From the NCBI GenBank assembly GCA_963836235.1, contig CAWIIP010000004.1, positions 576,001 through 640,000 on the forward strand: a DNA stretch of 64,000 nt. The letters are read 5' to 3'. This stretch comes from an uncultured Pseudomonadota bacterium (GTDB taxonomy: Bacteria; Oederibacteriota; Muellerivitia; Muellerivitales; Muellerivitaceae). The translations under genes were made by a program, and so were the position numbers. Under the pieces are notes generated by a model, which made no database searches, was not told the origin of the DNA, and saw nothing but the letters and a program-made list of their open reading frames with translations. Shown in pieces: positions 9,535-19,565 of this stretch. Each line of letters opens with the position of its first letter. Within the stretch, counting starts at the first letter, position 1.

Positions 9535-10989
9535 TTATCTTATCAACAGGATTCTTTTTATTTTAATGCCAAAAGGTTCGACGAGGTAAAAAATATAGAC
9601 GCCGCTGGCACATTTCTCGTTGTATTTGTTGGTTCCGTCCCAAGAGTAGGACTGAACAATGGAGCTACCCAGGTTTTGGGAATCCAAGGTTTTAATATGT
9701 TCCCCCGCCGAGTTATAGATCATCAGCGAATAATTTCCAGGATATATAGCGTAGGCCACAAAAATGGAAACGGGTCCATTGGCGGGGTTGAAAGCGTTTT
9801 CCGACACGTAAAATGTATCTGCGGGAGTGGGAGTAGGGGTACAAGTATTGCCGGGATATCCACAAGGAGTGGGTGTGGAAGTTGGAGTAAAAGTGTTGGT
9901 GGGGGTAAAAGTATTTGTCGGGGTGAAAGTTTTGGTTGGCGTGTTGGTGGGAGTGCTGGATGGAGTTTCCGTAGCCGTCAAAGTAGGTGTAAAAGTGTTC
10001 GTGTAGGTGAAGGTCTGCGTGGGGGTATAGGTATTGGTAGGGGTGGGAGTGACCGTAGGGGTGTTGGTGGGGGTAGGTGTATCAGTAATCGTCGGGGTGC
10101 TGGTGACGGTAAAGGTCGGGGTTGGGGTGAAGGTATTTGTTGGCGTAAAAGTTTGAGTGGGTGTGAAGGTTTGAGTTGGAGTGAAAGTGGACGTGAAGGT
10201 CGGAGTATTAGTTGCCGTGGACGTGGTTGTCGAGGTGAAGGTTGAGGTTGGGGTAGCGGTTGGGGTTGGTATTACGACCAATTGGCGCCAGTAAAGAATG
10301 CCGCAGCTTCCCGCAACGTATCCGGATGCGTTATAGGAAACCGGTGGGATCAAAGCGCCAGTGACAGGATCATAGATAGATGCGGCAAAGCTGGTGCCGG
10401 TAACTGGAGCCCCGGTGAGGGTAAAAGGGCTGGAGGCGGGGTTATATAGAAAGGAACTCCAAGGATTGCCGCTGCCATCATTACCTGGTGGAGCGGCTCC
10501 TGTTCCACTACATCCGGTGACTCCTGCTCCCGCTCCATTGGGGTCAAAATAAAGGGGGATACTAGCATAAGTTTCACTGGAGATGACCCATTGGAACCCG
10601 CTACTGCAGGTGATGTCCAGTTCCCAGGAGCTAAAGACTAAAGTTGGATTGATGTTGTCTGTTTCAACCGCAACAAGAACGCTTTGGCCCTCGTTGAAGA
10701 CGGATGTCGGCACGGCAATCGGTGAGGGAGTGCATCCGCCCCCACAGTAGCTGATGGCTCCCCCTCCGACGGAAGTTCCGTTGATCCAGACGTAAGACGT
10801 ATCATCCCCCGAAACAAGCAATTGAGCCGATGCGGGAGTGCATTGGGCAGATGACAAATGAGGGATCGAAAGAAATAAGGAGACAACGAAGAAGAAGAGA
10901 AGTTGGGAATATTCTTTTAGCGCGAATTTGGATTTTTTCTCCGACAAGGCCGTTCCTTTAGAGGATTGATTGGGATCGAAATTAAACAC
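9535..10989 (-). CDS. Secreted Cys-containing protein with Thr-Pro stalk and FlgD-Ig/T9SS-like C-terminal domain
   Basis: Signal peptide ending SSA-Q; [12 protein letters not shown] motif; long (T-x) repeat; C-terminal domain paralogous to 7011..9425. Confidence 0.75.
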   Translation of the reverse strand: MFNFDPNQSSKGTALSEKKSKFALKEYSQLLFFFVVSLFLSIPHLSSAQCTPASAQLLVSGDDTSYVWINGTSVGGGAISYCGGGCTPSPIAVPTSVFNEGQSVLVAVETDNINPTLVFSSWELDITCSSGFQWVISSETYASIPLYFDPNGAGAGVTGCSGTGAAPPGNDGSGNPWSSFLYNPASSPFTLTGAPVTGTSFAASIYDPVTGALIPPVSYNASGYVAGSCGILYWRQLVVIPTPTATPTSTFTSTTTSTATNTPTFTSTFTPTQTFTPTQTFTPTNTFTPTPTFTVTSTPTITDTPTPTNTPTVTPTPTNTYTPTQTFTYTNTFTPTLTATETPSSTPTNTPTKTFTPTNTFTPTNTFTPTSTPTPCGYPGNTCTPTPTPADTFYVSENAFNPANGPVSIFVAYAIYPGNYSLMIYNSAGEHIKTLDSQNLGSSIVQSYSWDGTNKYNEKCASGVYIFYLVEPFGIKIKRILLIR

Positions 10990-11111
10990 TAGATTTGGGG
11001 AAATTCAAAGCTGGTTCTTCTCTACTATTTTACCGCATTATTTCAAATCGTAACTAAAACCCTTTAATATTAGAAACTGAAGGCACCCACGGTTTAAATT
11101 CAGGGCGAAGC

Positions 11112-12632
11112 TTATAACCAACCTTCATTCATCAATATGTTTTGGAGTTGGGGGTCATTGACAGATAAAGGGGGAAGCCAGGTTCCCAAATCGGCCCTCT
11201 CCCACCATTGGCCAATAGGGTGGCTTAACGGCGCGAATTGATAACGGAAAAGACGGGCTCGAATATAAGTGGGAGCTCCACCCGGGAAAGGATTCCCTGC
11301 CAAGAGGCTCAAGGCCGAGGGGTCGTTATGGAGGAGCTTCCAAACGAAGTTGTAAACCCAGGGGTATTGGCTAGGTTCGGACATGGCGGCAAACCAGATT
11401 TGCCAATCCAATCGATATTGATAGGGAGAACAAACACATGGCCGCCGGTAAAGATTTCCAGGCTGGCATTTGAAATCATAGGCTGTCCAAATGGTTTCCG
11501 GTGTTAAGACCAGGTCGGAAGTCCCCTCAAAGACCAATTGAAGACGTTCCCGTCCTACCGACCCGAAAGCCCCATAGGTGTTTACCAAGTGTAGTGTTTC
11601 AAAGGAGGTGTTCATCGCCTGGTTGGGAGAGAAAAGGTTTAAAACAGGATTCACGCTTAAAAGAGCAACTGAAACGGTGAGACCCCAGGCGGCAAATCGG
11701 GAAGAGGGATTTTTTTGTGAACGATAAATTGCCAGATTGGCTTTTTCCACGAGATGTCGAGGTAATAAGGATTGCCAGAAATCGTCGTCAAAACAACTTA
11801 GTATCGGAACGAGGGTCAGCCAATTTAAAAACGAAAGGTTGCCACTAAGGATGAGAAAGATTTGAAAGACTGCCATAAGGCAGCCCGCCGCCGTCCGGAT
11901 CCGTCTTCCGAATACGAGGCCCCAAGGCGCTATGAGTTCCACCAAAAAATTGTAAATGGCCCCGGCTTTGTGGAACCAAAGGGGCATGAAATGAAAATAA
12001 GGGCTTAAGGGGTTGGGAATGGGTTGGGTTTCGTAATGGTACTTTAGGCAGGTTAAATCCCTCCAACAGGGATCACCCCTCATTTTGATGAGTCCAGAAC
12101 CGAGCATGATCCGGAAAATAAGCCACCGGAAAAGCCAGATGACCTGTATGGGTGGAGGGGTTTTGGGAAAGGGCCGCCCGTCCAGAAAGGGAACCAAAAA
12201 TACGGCCAGGAAGCCGGTCTCTAAAAGTTGAATTTCCCAACCGTAACCATACCAGTCCTGCCCAATGTGCACGAAGGAAAGGTACAGGGCCCAGAGGAAT
12301 AACAGTAAAAAACCGTTGGCGAAACCCGCTAAAACCAAAAATGAAAAAAGGGCTCCGACCCAAGCGGCCCCTACCATAAAACCGTCCGTGTGCCAAAACC
12401 AGAAGAGGGATGGTAAATGAAGGAAACCTTGACCTAAGGAGCCCGCTTCTGCTTGGAGTCGGGAAAGGAAGAGCGGGGCAGGGGTGAGCCCTTTTTCCCC
12501 TAAAAGCGGTTTCAGTTGTTGAGCGAGGGAAATAAAGGCAACGAAATAAACAAGTCCCAACAGCCGCAAAATCATGAAGCGGGTCAACCAATAAGTTGGT
12601 TTAGCTGGGACGATTTCGGATTCGTTTACCAT
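11112..12632 (-). CDS. Lipase maturation factor (LMF1) family membrane protein
   Basis: WYGYGWEIQLLETGFL, FRIMLGSGLIKMRGDPCWRDLTCLKYHYETQPIPNP, NTYGAFGSV, YQYRLDWQIWFAAM. Confidence 0.93.
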   Translation of the reverse strand: MVNESEIVPAKPTYWLTRFMILRLLGLVYFVAFISLAQQLKPLLGEKGLTPAPLFLSRLQAEAGSLGQGFLHLPSLFWFWHTDGFMVGAAWVGALFSFLVLAGFANGFLLLFLWALYLSFVHIGQDWYGYGWEIQLLETGFLAVFLVPFLDGRPFPKTPPPIQVIWLFRWLIFRIMLGSGLIKMRGDPCWRDLTCLKYHYETQPIPNPLSPYFHFMPLWFHKAGAIYNFLVELIAPWGLVFGRRIRTAAGCLMAVFQIFLILSGNLSFLNWLTLVPILSCFDDDFWQSLLPRHLVEKANLAIYRSQKNPSSRFAAWGLTVSVALLSVNPVLNLFSPNQAMNTSFETLHLVNTYGAFGSVGRERLQLVFEGTSDLVLTPETIWTAYDFKCQPGNLYRRPCVCSPYQYRLDWQIWFAAMSEPSQYPWVYNFVWKLLHNDPSALSLLAGNPFPGGAPTYIRARLFRYQFAPLSHPIGQWWERADLGTWLPPLSVNDPQLQNILMNEGWL

Positions 12633-12795
12633 GGGACATCATTTTACTTTAAACCCAATAGGTATTGAGGGATGGCTATACCAAATCTTTACTCACATTG
12701 GGTTTACTTTTTCATGCATTTTGGAAGCCGGGACATGGAATGGAATCATGTGATAGGATAAAACAATTGAGTATTGGCTTTTATTTATAAAGAGG

Positions 12796-14136
12796 ATGAT
12801 CGTGCGATCTTATGCTGAAATCTCAAAATTGAAGCTGGTTTGTTTCGTCTCCCTGGGGGTGATGGTCCCCATTTTTGCCGTTGCTCAATGCCCGAACAAT
12901 CCAGTCCTCACCCCTACTCTATGGGCGGCTGGCACAGGCAGTGCCACCTATTCCAGTTCCAGTCAGGCATATACCGTCATTGGTACTGGAACCTATGCTA
13001 ACGGACAGCATTACGAAAATGGTTCCGCGGATTTAATGACATTGGCGGGAAATGGGCAAATCATAGCGGAGGTCACGAGCATTTCAGGGAATTTAGGCTC
13101 GGATACGGTTGCCGGGATTTTCATCCGTGGTGATAACACCGCAGGGGCGGATGGAGGCCTCTTGTGGATAAGGGGATCGTCACGTTCCCAGTACCAATTT
13201 GCCGCGAGAATCAATGACGGCCCTTTGACCGAAATAGAGTCCGGAACAGTTCCTTCGCTACCTTATTGGCTACGTCTTCAAAACTCAGGGAATGTCCTTT
13301 ATCCCTCAGTCTCCACGAACGGTAGTGCCTGGACCCTCTTACCGGCTTTGGATTTGACTTCCGATAGCGCATTTATTGCTGGCAGTACCCTGGCGTACGG
13401 ATTAATGGTTTGGAGCGGAAGCGACAGTAAACCAACCACAGCGGTTTTCGGTAATGTATGCGTGAATTCCGCATTCAGCCCATATCCAACCTTGACCCCT
13501 ACCTTCACGCCGACCCCAACCTTGACTGCAACCTACACGGCCACTTCAACATCCACGTCATCATCCACCCCCACCATTCTGTCCACTCGAACTTTCACTC
13601 CCACCAATACCATGATTTTCACCACCACGCAAACGCCCAGCTTGACCCCGACCAACACGGTCAGGGTTACACCCACCTCATCGCCCACCCGGACCTTTAC
13701 GTCCACTCAGACCAACACGCCCATTTCAACCTTCACCCTCAGCTCCACCTTTTCTGAAACCAATAGCCCGACTTTCACTCACACGTCCACGATTACCCCT
13801 ACTCCCACTAATACATCGAGCCCTCTTCCTACCGGAACACCTACCAATACTTCAACCCCTCCTCCTGGCTTGAAGGTTTGGCCCAACCCTTTCACGCCGC
13901 TACTCCCGACCAACAATATCACCCATTTCCTGTTACCTGAAGGCCATGGCGCTGGACGATTGTTGATCGCTGACTTGAAGCGGAAACTCGATCGCTCAAT
14001 TGATTTCGGGTCGGGGGCGGACGTTCAATGGGATGGCAGGGACAACGGTGGAAACGCCGTTTCTGCCGGCGTTTATCTTTATCTTTTGGAATCGGACGGT
14101 ATGGTTCGTCGGGGAACCATCACCGTAATGCGATGA
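12796..14136 (+). CDS. Secreted protein: beta-sandwich/lectin-like domain, Thr-Pro stalk, FlgD-Ig/T9SS-like C-terminal domain
   Basis: Signal peptide ending AVA-Q; PYWLRLQNSGN; VWPNPFTP..WDGRDNGGNAVSAGVYLY. Confidence 0.75.
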   Translation: MIVRSYAEISKLKLVCFVSLGVMVPIFAVAQCPNNPVLTPTLWAAGTGSATYSSSSQAYTVIGTGTYANGQHYENGSADLMTLAGNGQIIAEVTSISGNLGSDTVAGIFIRGDNTAGADGGLLWIRGSSRSQYQFAARINDGPLTEIESGTVPSLPYWLRLQNSGNVLYPSVSTNGSAWTLLPALDLTSDSAFIAGSTLAYGLMVWSGSDSKPTTAVFGNVCVNSAFSPYPTLTPTFTPTPTLTATYTATSTSTSSSTPTILSTRTFTPTNTMIFTTTQTPSLTPTNTVRVTPTSSPTRTFTSTQTNTPISTFTLSSTFSETNSPTFTHTSTITPTPTNTSSPLPTGTPTNTSTPPPGLKVWPNPFTPLLPTNNITHFLLPEGHGAGRLLIADLKRKLDRSIDFGSGADVQWDGRDNGGNAVSAGVYLYLLESDGMVRRGTITVMR

Positions 14137-16001
14137 AGTTAAAAATTAAAAGCGTTTTCACCACCAAACCACTAAGGCGCCAAGAATATCGAAAAGAGGC
14201 TTGTTTCTATTTAAGTATTCATTTTTTTTATTTCACTTGGTGTTGTCTTAGCGCCTTGGTATTTATTTTCGACTTTGGCTGCAGTGAAGCCGCATTTTTG
14301 GATTTTAGCCCGCCCGCCCGGGAAGCCGCCTTAGGAGGGAATGGGGTGGCTCTTCCGGAAGGAACATCCAGCCTGGCTTTTAATCCGGCAGGCCTTGGGG
14401 ATGAATACCGATTTGAAGTTTCGGCCCGCTATGAAAATCTTTTTTCAGGGATCGATGGTGACAACCTTTCCACTGGAAACCTGTCGGCGGTTTTCCCATT
14501 GGACATAGGGGACGGTTTAGGCTTTTCTATCGACCACTTTGGTGCCAACACTCTCCAGCAGGATCGGTTTCAGGCCGCGTTCGGAAAAAGTTTTGAAGCT
14601 AATTCCTTTCTCCATCACTTAAGGTTGGGCGTCAACCTCTCTTACTTTCGGCAACAATTCACACTTTTGGCTCCCCTGGCCGGAGTGAATCCCGCTAATG
14701 TCTCGGCGGGAACCCTTTCGGTTGGAGTTGGAGCACTTTATAACGCTTTCTCTTGGGGTACTCTCGGGATTTCCGCCGAGAACTTGAACCAGCCTAATCT
14801 CGGGGTAGTGGGTGTTGACACGGTACCCATTCTGCTTCGGTATGGTGTGGCTGTTCTTCCGCCAATGGGGACTGATCGGTTGGCTTTTACCCTTGCTCAA
14901 TCCTTGAGCGCAGGCATATTGGATACTCAGGCTGGAGCTGAATGGAATATTACTCGTTGGGGTGTTTCCTTAAGGGCTGGAGGCGATGCCAATATGGGAG
15001 TAGCCGGATTTGGGTGGAGGACTAATGGCTTGAGGATTGATTACGCTTACCAATTCTCCTGGAACCAAGCGCCTGCCCTCAATGGAGTTGGACTGCCTGG
15101 AAGCTCCCTCTTGGAAGTGGGATTTAGCTGGGAAAATACCTCGCGGGAGGGAAAGGTTTTCGACGAATTGGTGTTGAAAGGGAAAGCGGCGCTTAAAGAT
15201 CAGCAGTGGAAAGATGCTTTTTGGGACTTCCAACAGGCTTATTTGTTAAAACCTTCCGACCCCTCGGTTCTTCAAGGTCGCTCGGAAGCCTTGAAGCAAT
15301 ACAATCATCAGCGGGCAGAAGCCTATTACCAAGCTGGGGACAAAGCTGAAAACCAAGGCTATTTCCTGGAAGCCCAACGGAACTATGAGTGGGCCGGTTC
15401 TTTGGCTCCCGAGGAAGTAAGGTATTCTCAAGCCAGGGATCGGGTGAAAAAATCAATGACACAGGGAGCATTAGGGGATCCTAGGGTCGGGGATATTTTG
15501 GAAAAATCGATGATATTCGTGAAGAAGGGGGAAAACGGGGAGGCCTTAAAGAAAATCAAGGAAGCGCTGGCTCTTTATCCTGGGGACGCGTTCCTTCAGT
15601 TCGTCGCCAAGGCATTTGCCCGAAAGAGCAGTTCGCCGGCGGAGCATGAGGATAAAAAGATGGAACAATTGGCTGCGGAAGCGGAAATCTTTCGTAGCAA
15701 GGGACGATTGGACCTCGCTCGCGACACATGGCAGGAGATGCTGAAGGCGGATCCTTCCAACGCAATGGCTCGGGAAAATCTTTCCGAAAACGCGACAACT
15801 GGACCTGCTCAAACCCTCTCCGAATCCCAAAAGAACCAGGTCCAGGCGCTTTTGCAAAGGGGGTTGAAAGCTTACGCCAATGGGGATACGGAAGCGGCCG
15901 TGAAAGATTGGGAGGATGTCCTTCTGATCGATCCCCTCGATGTGAATGCCTTGAATAATTTGACCCGCGTCAAAATGGAAGAAGGGGGCGATAAAAAGTG
16001 A
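14133..16001 (+). CDS. PorV/FadL-like outer-membrane beta-barrel fused to C-terminal TPRs
   Basis: FLDFSPPAREAALGG..SLAFNPAGL (PorV/FadL N-terminal motif); amphipathic strands ending RIDYAY..LEVGFSW; TPRs (LLIDPLDVNALNNL); ATGA overlap with upstream gene. Confidence 0.75.
   Translation: MKLKIKSVFTTKPLRRQEYRKEACFYLSIHFFYFTWCCLSALVFIFDFGCSEAAFLDFSPPAREAALGGNGVALPEGTSSLAFNPAGLGDEYRFEVSARYENLFSGIDGDNLSTGNLSAVFPLDIGDGLGFSIDHFGANTLQQDRFQAAFGKSFEANSFLHHLRLGVNLSYFRQQFTLLAPLAGVNPANVSAGTLSVGVGALYNAFSWGTLGISAENLNQPNLGVVGVDTVPILLRYGVAVLPPMGTDRLAFTLAQSLSAGILDTQAGAEWNITRWGVSLRAGGDANMGVAGFGWRTNGLRIDYAYQFSWNQAPALNGVGLPGSSLLEVGFSWENTSREGKVFDELVLKGKAALKDQQWKDAFWDFQQAYLLKPSDPSVLQGRSEALKQYNHQRAEAYYQAGDKAENQGYFLEAQRNYEWAGSLAPEEVRYSQARDRVKKSMTQGALGDPRVGDILEKSMIFVKKGENGEALKKIKEALALYPGDAFLQFVAKAFARKSSSPAEHEDKKMEQLAAEAEIFRSKGRLDLARDTWQEMLKADPSNAMARENLSENATTGPAQTLSESQKNQVQALLQRGLKAYANGDTEAAVKDWEDVLLIDPLDVNALNNLTRVKMEEGGDKK
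14159..14260. repeat. REP-like imperfect palindromic element inside the 5' coding region
   Basis: ACTAAGGCGCCAAGA and TCTTAGCGCCTTGGT are 13/15 inverted; similar to the element at 43167-43249. Confidence 0.5.
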
Positions 16002-17410
16002 AGTTGACGACAAGATTCTTCTTCAGCCACAGCGGAGTTATGGTGGTGTCCCTTCTCGTCAGCTTCTTTCTTATTTATGAGGGATCCCGTCTGCTTTATC
16101 AACGGCAGGCGAAACTGAGTCAAGCTCAGAAAATTTCCGATTTTGCCCTTGCCGCTAAGGAAGCCCTGATCCAACACGAGGATGTTGCTGTTTTGAATTT
16201 TATGAGGTCGGCCGTGGAAAATCCAACCGTGGCTTACGCGGCCTATTCTAATCCTTCTTATGGTACTCACGTTGTTTTGCCGGGTTCATTTCAAAAAGAA
16301 TCGTTCACTTCGGGAACCGGAAAATTCGCCCTGTCTGACTCTCCCATTCGGCGCGATTTTCAAAACGGGATGAAAGTCCTGGAATGGACAACTTCGGTTC
16401 GGTTGGAAAATGGGGAAATGGGACGTGTTTGGCTGGGTTATTCTTTGGCCGCGCTGGAAAAAGACCTAAAAGACCAAACCGCAAAGTGGATGCGCTTAGA
16501 ATTGGAAGCGGTCGCCGTCGCGCTGTTGGTTGGTCTTTTGGTTTCCGTGATATTGGGTCGACAAATGGCTGCTCCACTGATGAAAATCCGTAATGGGATG
16601 CAATTGGTGCGTTCGGGCAAACTCGGTTCCCTGGTGGAAGTGAAACGGAAGGACGAGATTGGGGACTTGGCAAGGGATTTTAATTCCATGGTCGTACAGC
16701 TTAAGGAACTGGACGAAATGAAACGGGATTTCGTTTCGGGTGTTACGCATGACCTGGGAACACCCCTGCACGCAATCCGTAGCGCCATCAATTATCTCCA
16801 AGCTGGCGACGCGGGGCCCTTGACGGAGAAACAATCCGAGTACCTTTTAATGGTTGCCAACAGTACCGCCAACTTAACCGCCTTCATCAACAACCTTTTA
16901 ACCACCGCGCGCATCGAGGCAGCCAAGGTAGACCCCTACCCAGAGCCAGTTGATGTTTATGCCCATATAAAGGAGTTAGTAGATCTCTATCAGCCTCAAG
17001 CGGCTGAAAAAGGCGTCAAGCTTACTCTCGTCAGGAAAACCCAATATATTTCCTTGGTCGCAGACGTGACTATGTTCCGGCAAATTGTCCTGAATCTCCT
17101 TTCCAATGCCTTAAAGTTCACGGTTCGCGGTGAAGTGGATATCATCCTTTCAGAACATGATGGAGACTTTGTTTTGGAAGTTAGGGATACAGGTATCGGA
17201 ATCGATTCCCAGCACCATCAGCTCATTTTCGATAAGTTTTACCGGGTTCACCAACCGCCTGGAACGCCCGCGCGTCAGGGAAGCGGACTGGGGTTGACCA
17301 TTGTCAAGGGTTTGGCGGAGGCTCATGGAGGTAGAGTTACGGTTGAAAGTACTGTTGGAAAAGGGAGCGTTTTTAGAGTGTTTCTCCCCAAGCAGCCTCG
17401 AAGGTTTTGA
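15998..17410 (+). CDS. Membrane sensor histidine kinase (HAMP-HisKA-HATPase_c)
   Basis: 2 TM; DEIGDLARDFNSM; VTHDLGTPL (H-box); NLLSNALKFT, DTGIGI, GSGLGL; GTGA overlap with upstream gene. Confidence 0.95.
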   Translation: MKLTTRFFFSHSGVMVVSLLVSFFLIYEGSRLLYQRQAKLSQAQKISDFALAAKEALIQHEDVAVLNFMRSAVENPTVAYAAYSNPSYGTHVVLPGSFQKESFTSGTGKFALSDSPIRRDFQNGMKVLEWTTSVRLENGEMGRVWLGYSLAALEKDLKDQTAKWMRLELEAVAVALLVGLLVSVILGRQMAAPLMKIRNGMQLVRSGKLGSLVEVKRKDEIGDLARDFNSMVVQLKELDEMKRDFVSGVTHDLGTPLHAIRSAINYLQAGDAGPLTEKQSEYLLMVANSTANLTAFINNLLTTARIEAAKVDPYPEPVDVYAHIKELVDLYQPQAAEKGVKLTLVRKTQYISLVADVTMFRQIVLNLLSNALKFTVRGEVDIILSEHDGDFVLEVRDTGIGIDSQHHQLIFDKFYRVHQPPGTPARQGSGLGLTIVKGLAEAHGGRVTVESTVGKGSVFRVFLPKQPRRF

Positions 17411-17531
17411 AATAGTTGGAGGACTAGGGATAATAGTGGATAAAAAATAGCGGATTGTACTTCCACAAATAAAATCCATAAGAGTGTGCTGAAAAACACA
17501 TTTTTAGTAAACTGTTAAATATAAAGGCCAC

Positions 17532-18224
17532 ATGAAACAACCTTCGATTCTGATGATTGAAGACGATCAATCCGTATCCACTCTGACTCGGGATCTTTTC
17601 CTGAAAGAAGGATATGCTGTTAAGACCGTTTCCAATGGCGCGGAAGGGCTAAGCCTGCTCCAGCGGGAGGAGTTCGATCTTCTTGTGTTGGACTTGGGCT
17701 TGCCGGACATGAATGGATTGGATATTTGCTCCCGAATCAAGAGGGATTCGGTGCGCGGCAAAATGCCTATCTTCATTCTGACGGCTCTAGGCTCTTCTGA
17801 GGATATCGTCAGGGGTTTGGAAGCTGGTGCCGAGGATTACCTTCCAAAACCATTTAACGAGAGGGAATTCTTGGCCCGGGCTCGGGCCATTTTGAGGCGT
17901 AGGGATCCCCTGTTGTCTAAGGATGAGCAAATTGTTTCGGGTAAAATTAAATTGTCTCTCGCATCCCATGAAGCTTGGTGCTCGGAAAAACCGATTCAGC
18001 TTACTTTGCGCGAGTTTGATATTCTCCGTATATTTCTGGCCAACCCCGGTAAAGCCTTGACACGGGAAGAGATCGTGAAAATGGCTTGGGGTCCGGCAAC
18101 CGCTATTGTTCCCAAGGTAGTAGACGTTCATATCGGCCATTTAAGGGTTAAACTGGGGTCAGAAGGAAAGCGAATCGATACGGTTCCCCAGGTCGGCTAT
18201 AAGTTGGTACCTCCCAAAAAGTAG
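17532..18224 (+). CDS. OmpR/PhoB-family response regulator
   Basis: IEDD, LDLGLPDMNG, DYLPKPF receiver; LTLREFDIL..VVDVHIGHLRVKL..TVPQVGYKL winged helix. Confidence 0.95.
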   Translation: MKQPSILMIEDDQSVSTLTRDLFLKEGYAVKTVSNGAEGLSLLQREEFDLLVLDLGLPDMNGLDICSRIKRDSVRGKMPIFILTALGSSEDIVRGLEAGAEDYLPKPFNEREFLARARAILRRRDPLLSKDEQIVSGKIKLSLASHEAWCSEKPIQLTLREFDILRIFLANPGKALTREEIVKMAWGPATAIVPKVVDVHIGHLRVKLGSEGKRIDTVPQVGYKLVPPKK

Positions 18225-18253
18225 TGCTTCCGCCACCCCTTACCCTTGTATCT

Positions 18254-18292
18254 CTATACGGTTTCTTTACTGGTTTTATACCGGCTTTTTAC
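18254..18292 (+). promoter_or_regulatory. Four 11-bp-period direct repeats (putative OmpR-family boxes)
   Basis: CTATAC, CTTTAC, TTATAC, TTTTAC ending at 18259, 18270, 18281, 18292. Confidence 0.55.
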
Positions 18293-18390
18293 CCCTCGTA
18301 ACATTTCTAGAATGTATTTTACTTTCATCTATTTGATTAAGAAGGTCCATGAACTTCTTGTGTTTTCAAATAGATGGATAGAAGGATCTT

Positions 18391-18522
18391 ATGGAAGAGA
18401 AGAAACTGCAGGAAGTTCCGGTTTGGACCGAAGAACAGTGGGAGAGTTGGCTATATTCATTTGCCACTGAGATAGAAAATGGGAAGATAAAAACTTCGGT
18501 TCCAGCAGGTGATATTCAGTAG
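18391..18522 (+). CDS. Small hypothetical protein (43 aa), below the ORF-track cutoff
   Basis: GAAGGA RBS then MEEKKLQEVPVWTEEQWESWLYSFATEIENGKIKTSVPAGDIQ*. Confidence 0.35.
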   Translation: MEEKKLQEVPVWTEEQWESWLYSFATEIENGKIKTSVPAGDIQ

Positions 18523-18565
18523 CGTGGTTCCGTTGTGTTGAAGTTTTGTTTATAGGAGCGAAAAT

Positions 18566-19354
18566 TTGAATAATTTGCAACTAAAAACGATTGTGAACCA
18601 AAAAGCCGCGCTTGTTCCCATTATGACGACGTCTCATAAATCGGACGAAGCCGTGTCAATTGAGGCCGGCCAAAACAGAGGGGCCAATCAAGTATTTCCT
18701 TTTTATCAGCTATCCAAGGATCTTTGCGCGGCCTATGTCCGGACCAATGTAGTCGAAATGGATATGGCTCGTATCCATTATGTGCAGGCTATCTTGGAGC
18801 AAAAGGATGGCGGTTCGGAAATTGTGAAGCTTCATTTCCAATACGCGATAGCCCAAATTGTCGATTCTTATCGGAGGCGGCTTGGGATCTACGGTAAAGA
18901 ACTTCATTCGGTGCAGGAAACCTTTGATAAAAAATTAAAAGATGCGACTGTCCCCTCGGATTTAATTATTGTTTTTGAAGAAGCTCTCAAGCATTTATTG
19001 GCACTTACATTGAGGCCTGCTCAGGTTTCTCAAGCCATTAGAATGGATGGGGCCAAGAGATATATTGATGAAAATTTTAGCCAAAACCTTAAGATGGTGG
19101 AAACGGCCCGAGATAATGGATTTTCTGTCTCGGTTTTTGGACGGGCTTTTAAGAAAGAATTTGGGGTGGGTTTTTCCGCATATATCCGGAAAGTTCGGTT
19201 GGAACACGCCAGGAAATTATTAGTATCGACCCGGTTGCCTATTTCCCAAGTGATTCAGGAATGCGGATTTAATAACCCGCAATACTTCTTCGATTTGTTT
19301 AAGCGTTCCACCGGACATACACCCCAAACATTCCGCGATAAGTTTGATAGATAA
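18566..19354 (+). CDS. AraC family transcriptional regulator
   Basis: AKRYIDENFSQNL..FKKEFGVGFSAYIRKVRLEHARKLL..CGFNNPQYFFDLFKRSTGHTPQTFR; TTG start after AGGAG. Confidence 0.9.
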   Translation: MNNLQLKTIVNQKAALVPIMTTSHKSDEAVSIEAGQNRGANQVFPFYQLSKDLCAAYVRTNVVEMDMARIHYVQAILEQKDGGSEIVKLHFQYAIAQIVDSYRRRLGIYGKELHSVQETFDKKLKDATVPSDLIIVFEEALKHLLALTLRPAQVSQAIRMDGAKRYIDENFSQNLKMVETARDNGFSVSVFGRAFKKEFGVGFSAYIRKVRLEHARKLLVSTRLPISQVIQECGFNNPQYFFDLFKRSTGHTPQTFRDKFDR

Positions 19355-19565
19355 CTAAAGTTCATTCAAAAACGAGGTTTAGCGTTTTTGGATGAACCTG
19401 CAGATGATTTTTTATGGAAATGCCAAGTTTCCAAATTGTGGAAGTTGAATTGTTGCTCCTGGAAGTCACTAAGGTCTTGACGCCAACAAGTTGCGCATGG
19501 CACGGCCCAACCGATTAAACTTGAGTTTTTCTATTTCGGCCATAACCCATGATGGCTTTTGAATT

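Noticed and set aside
14028-14132. ORF-track N-terminal extension of the PorV-like gene
   Set aside because: Overlaps the upstream cargo gene; the ATGA-coupled start at 14133 is more plausible
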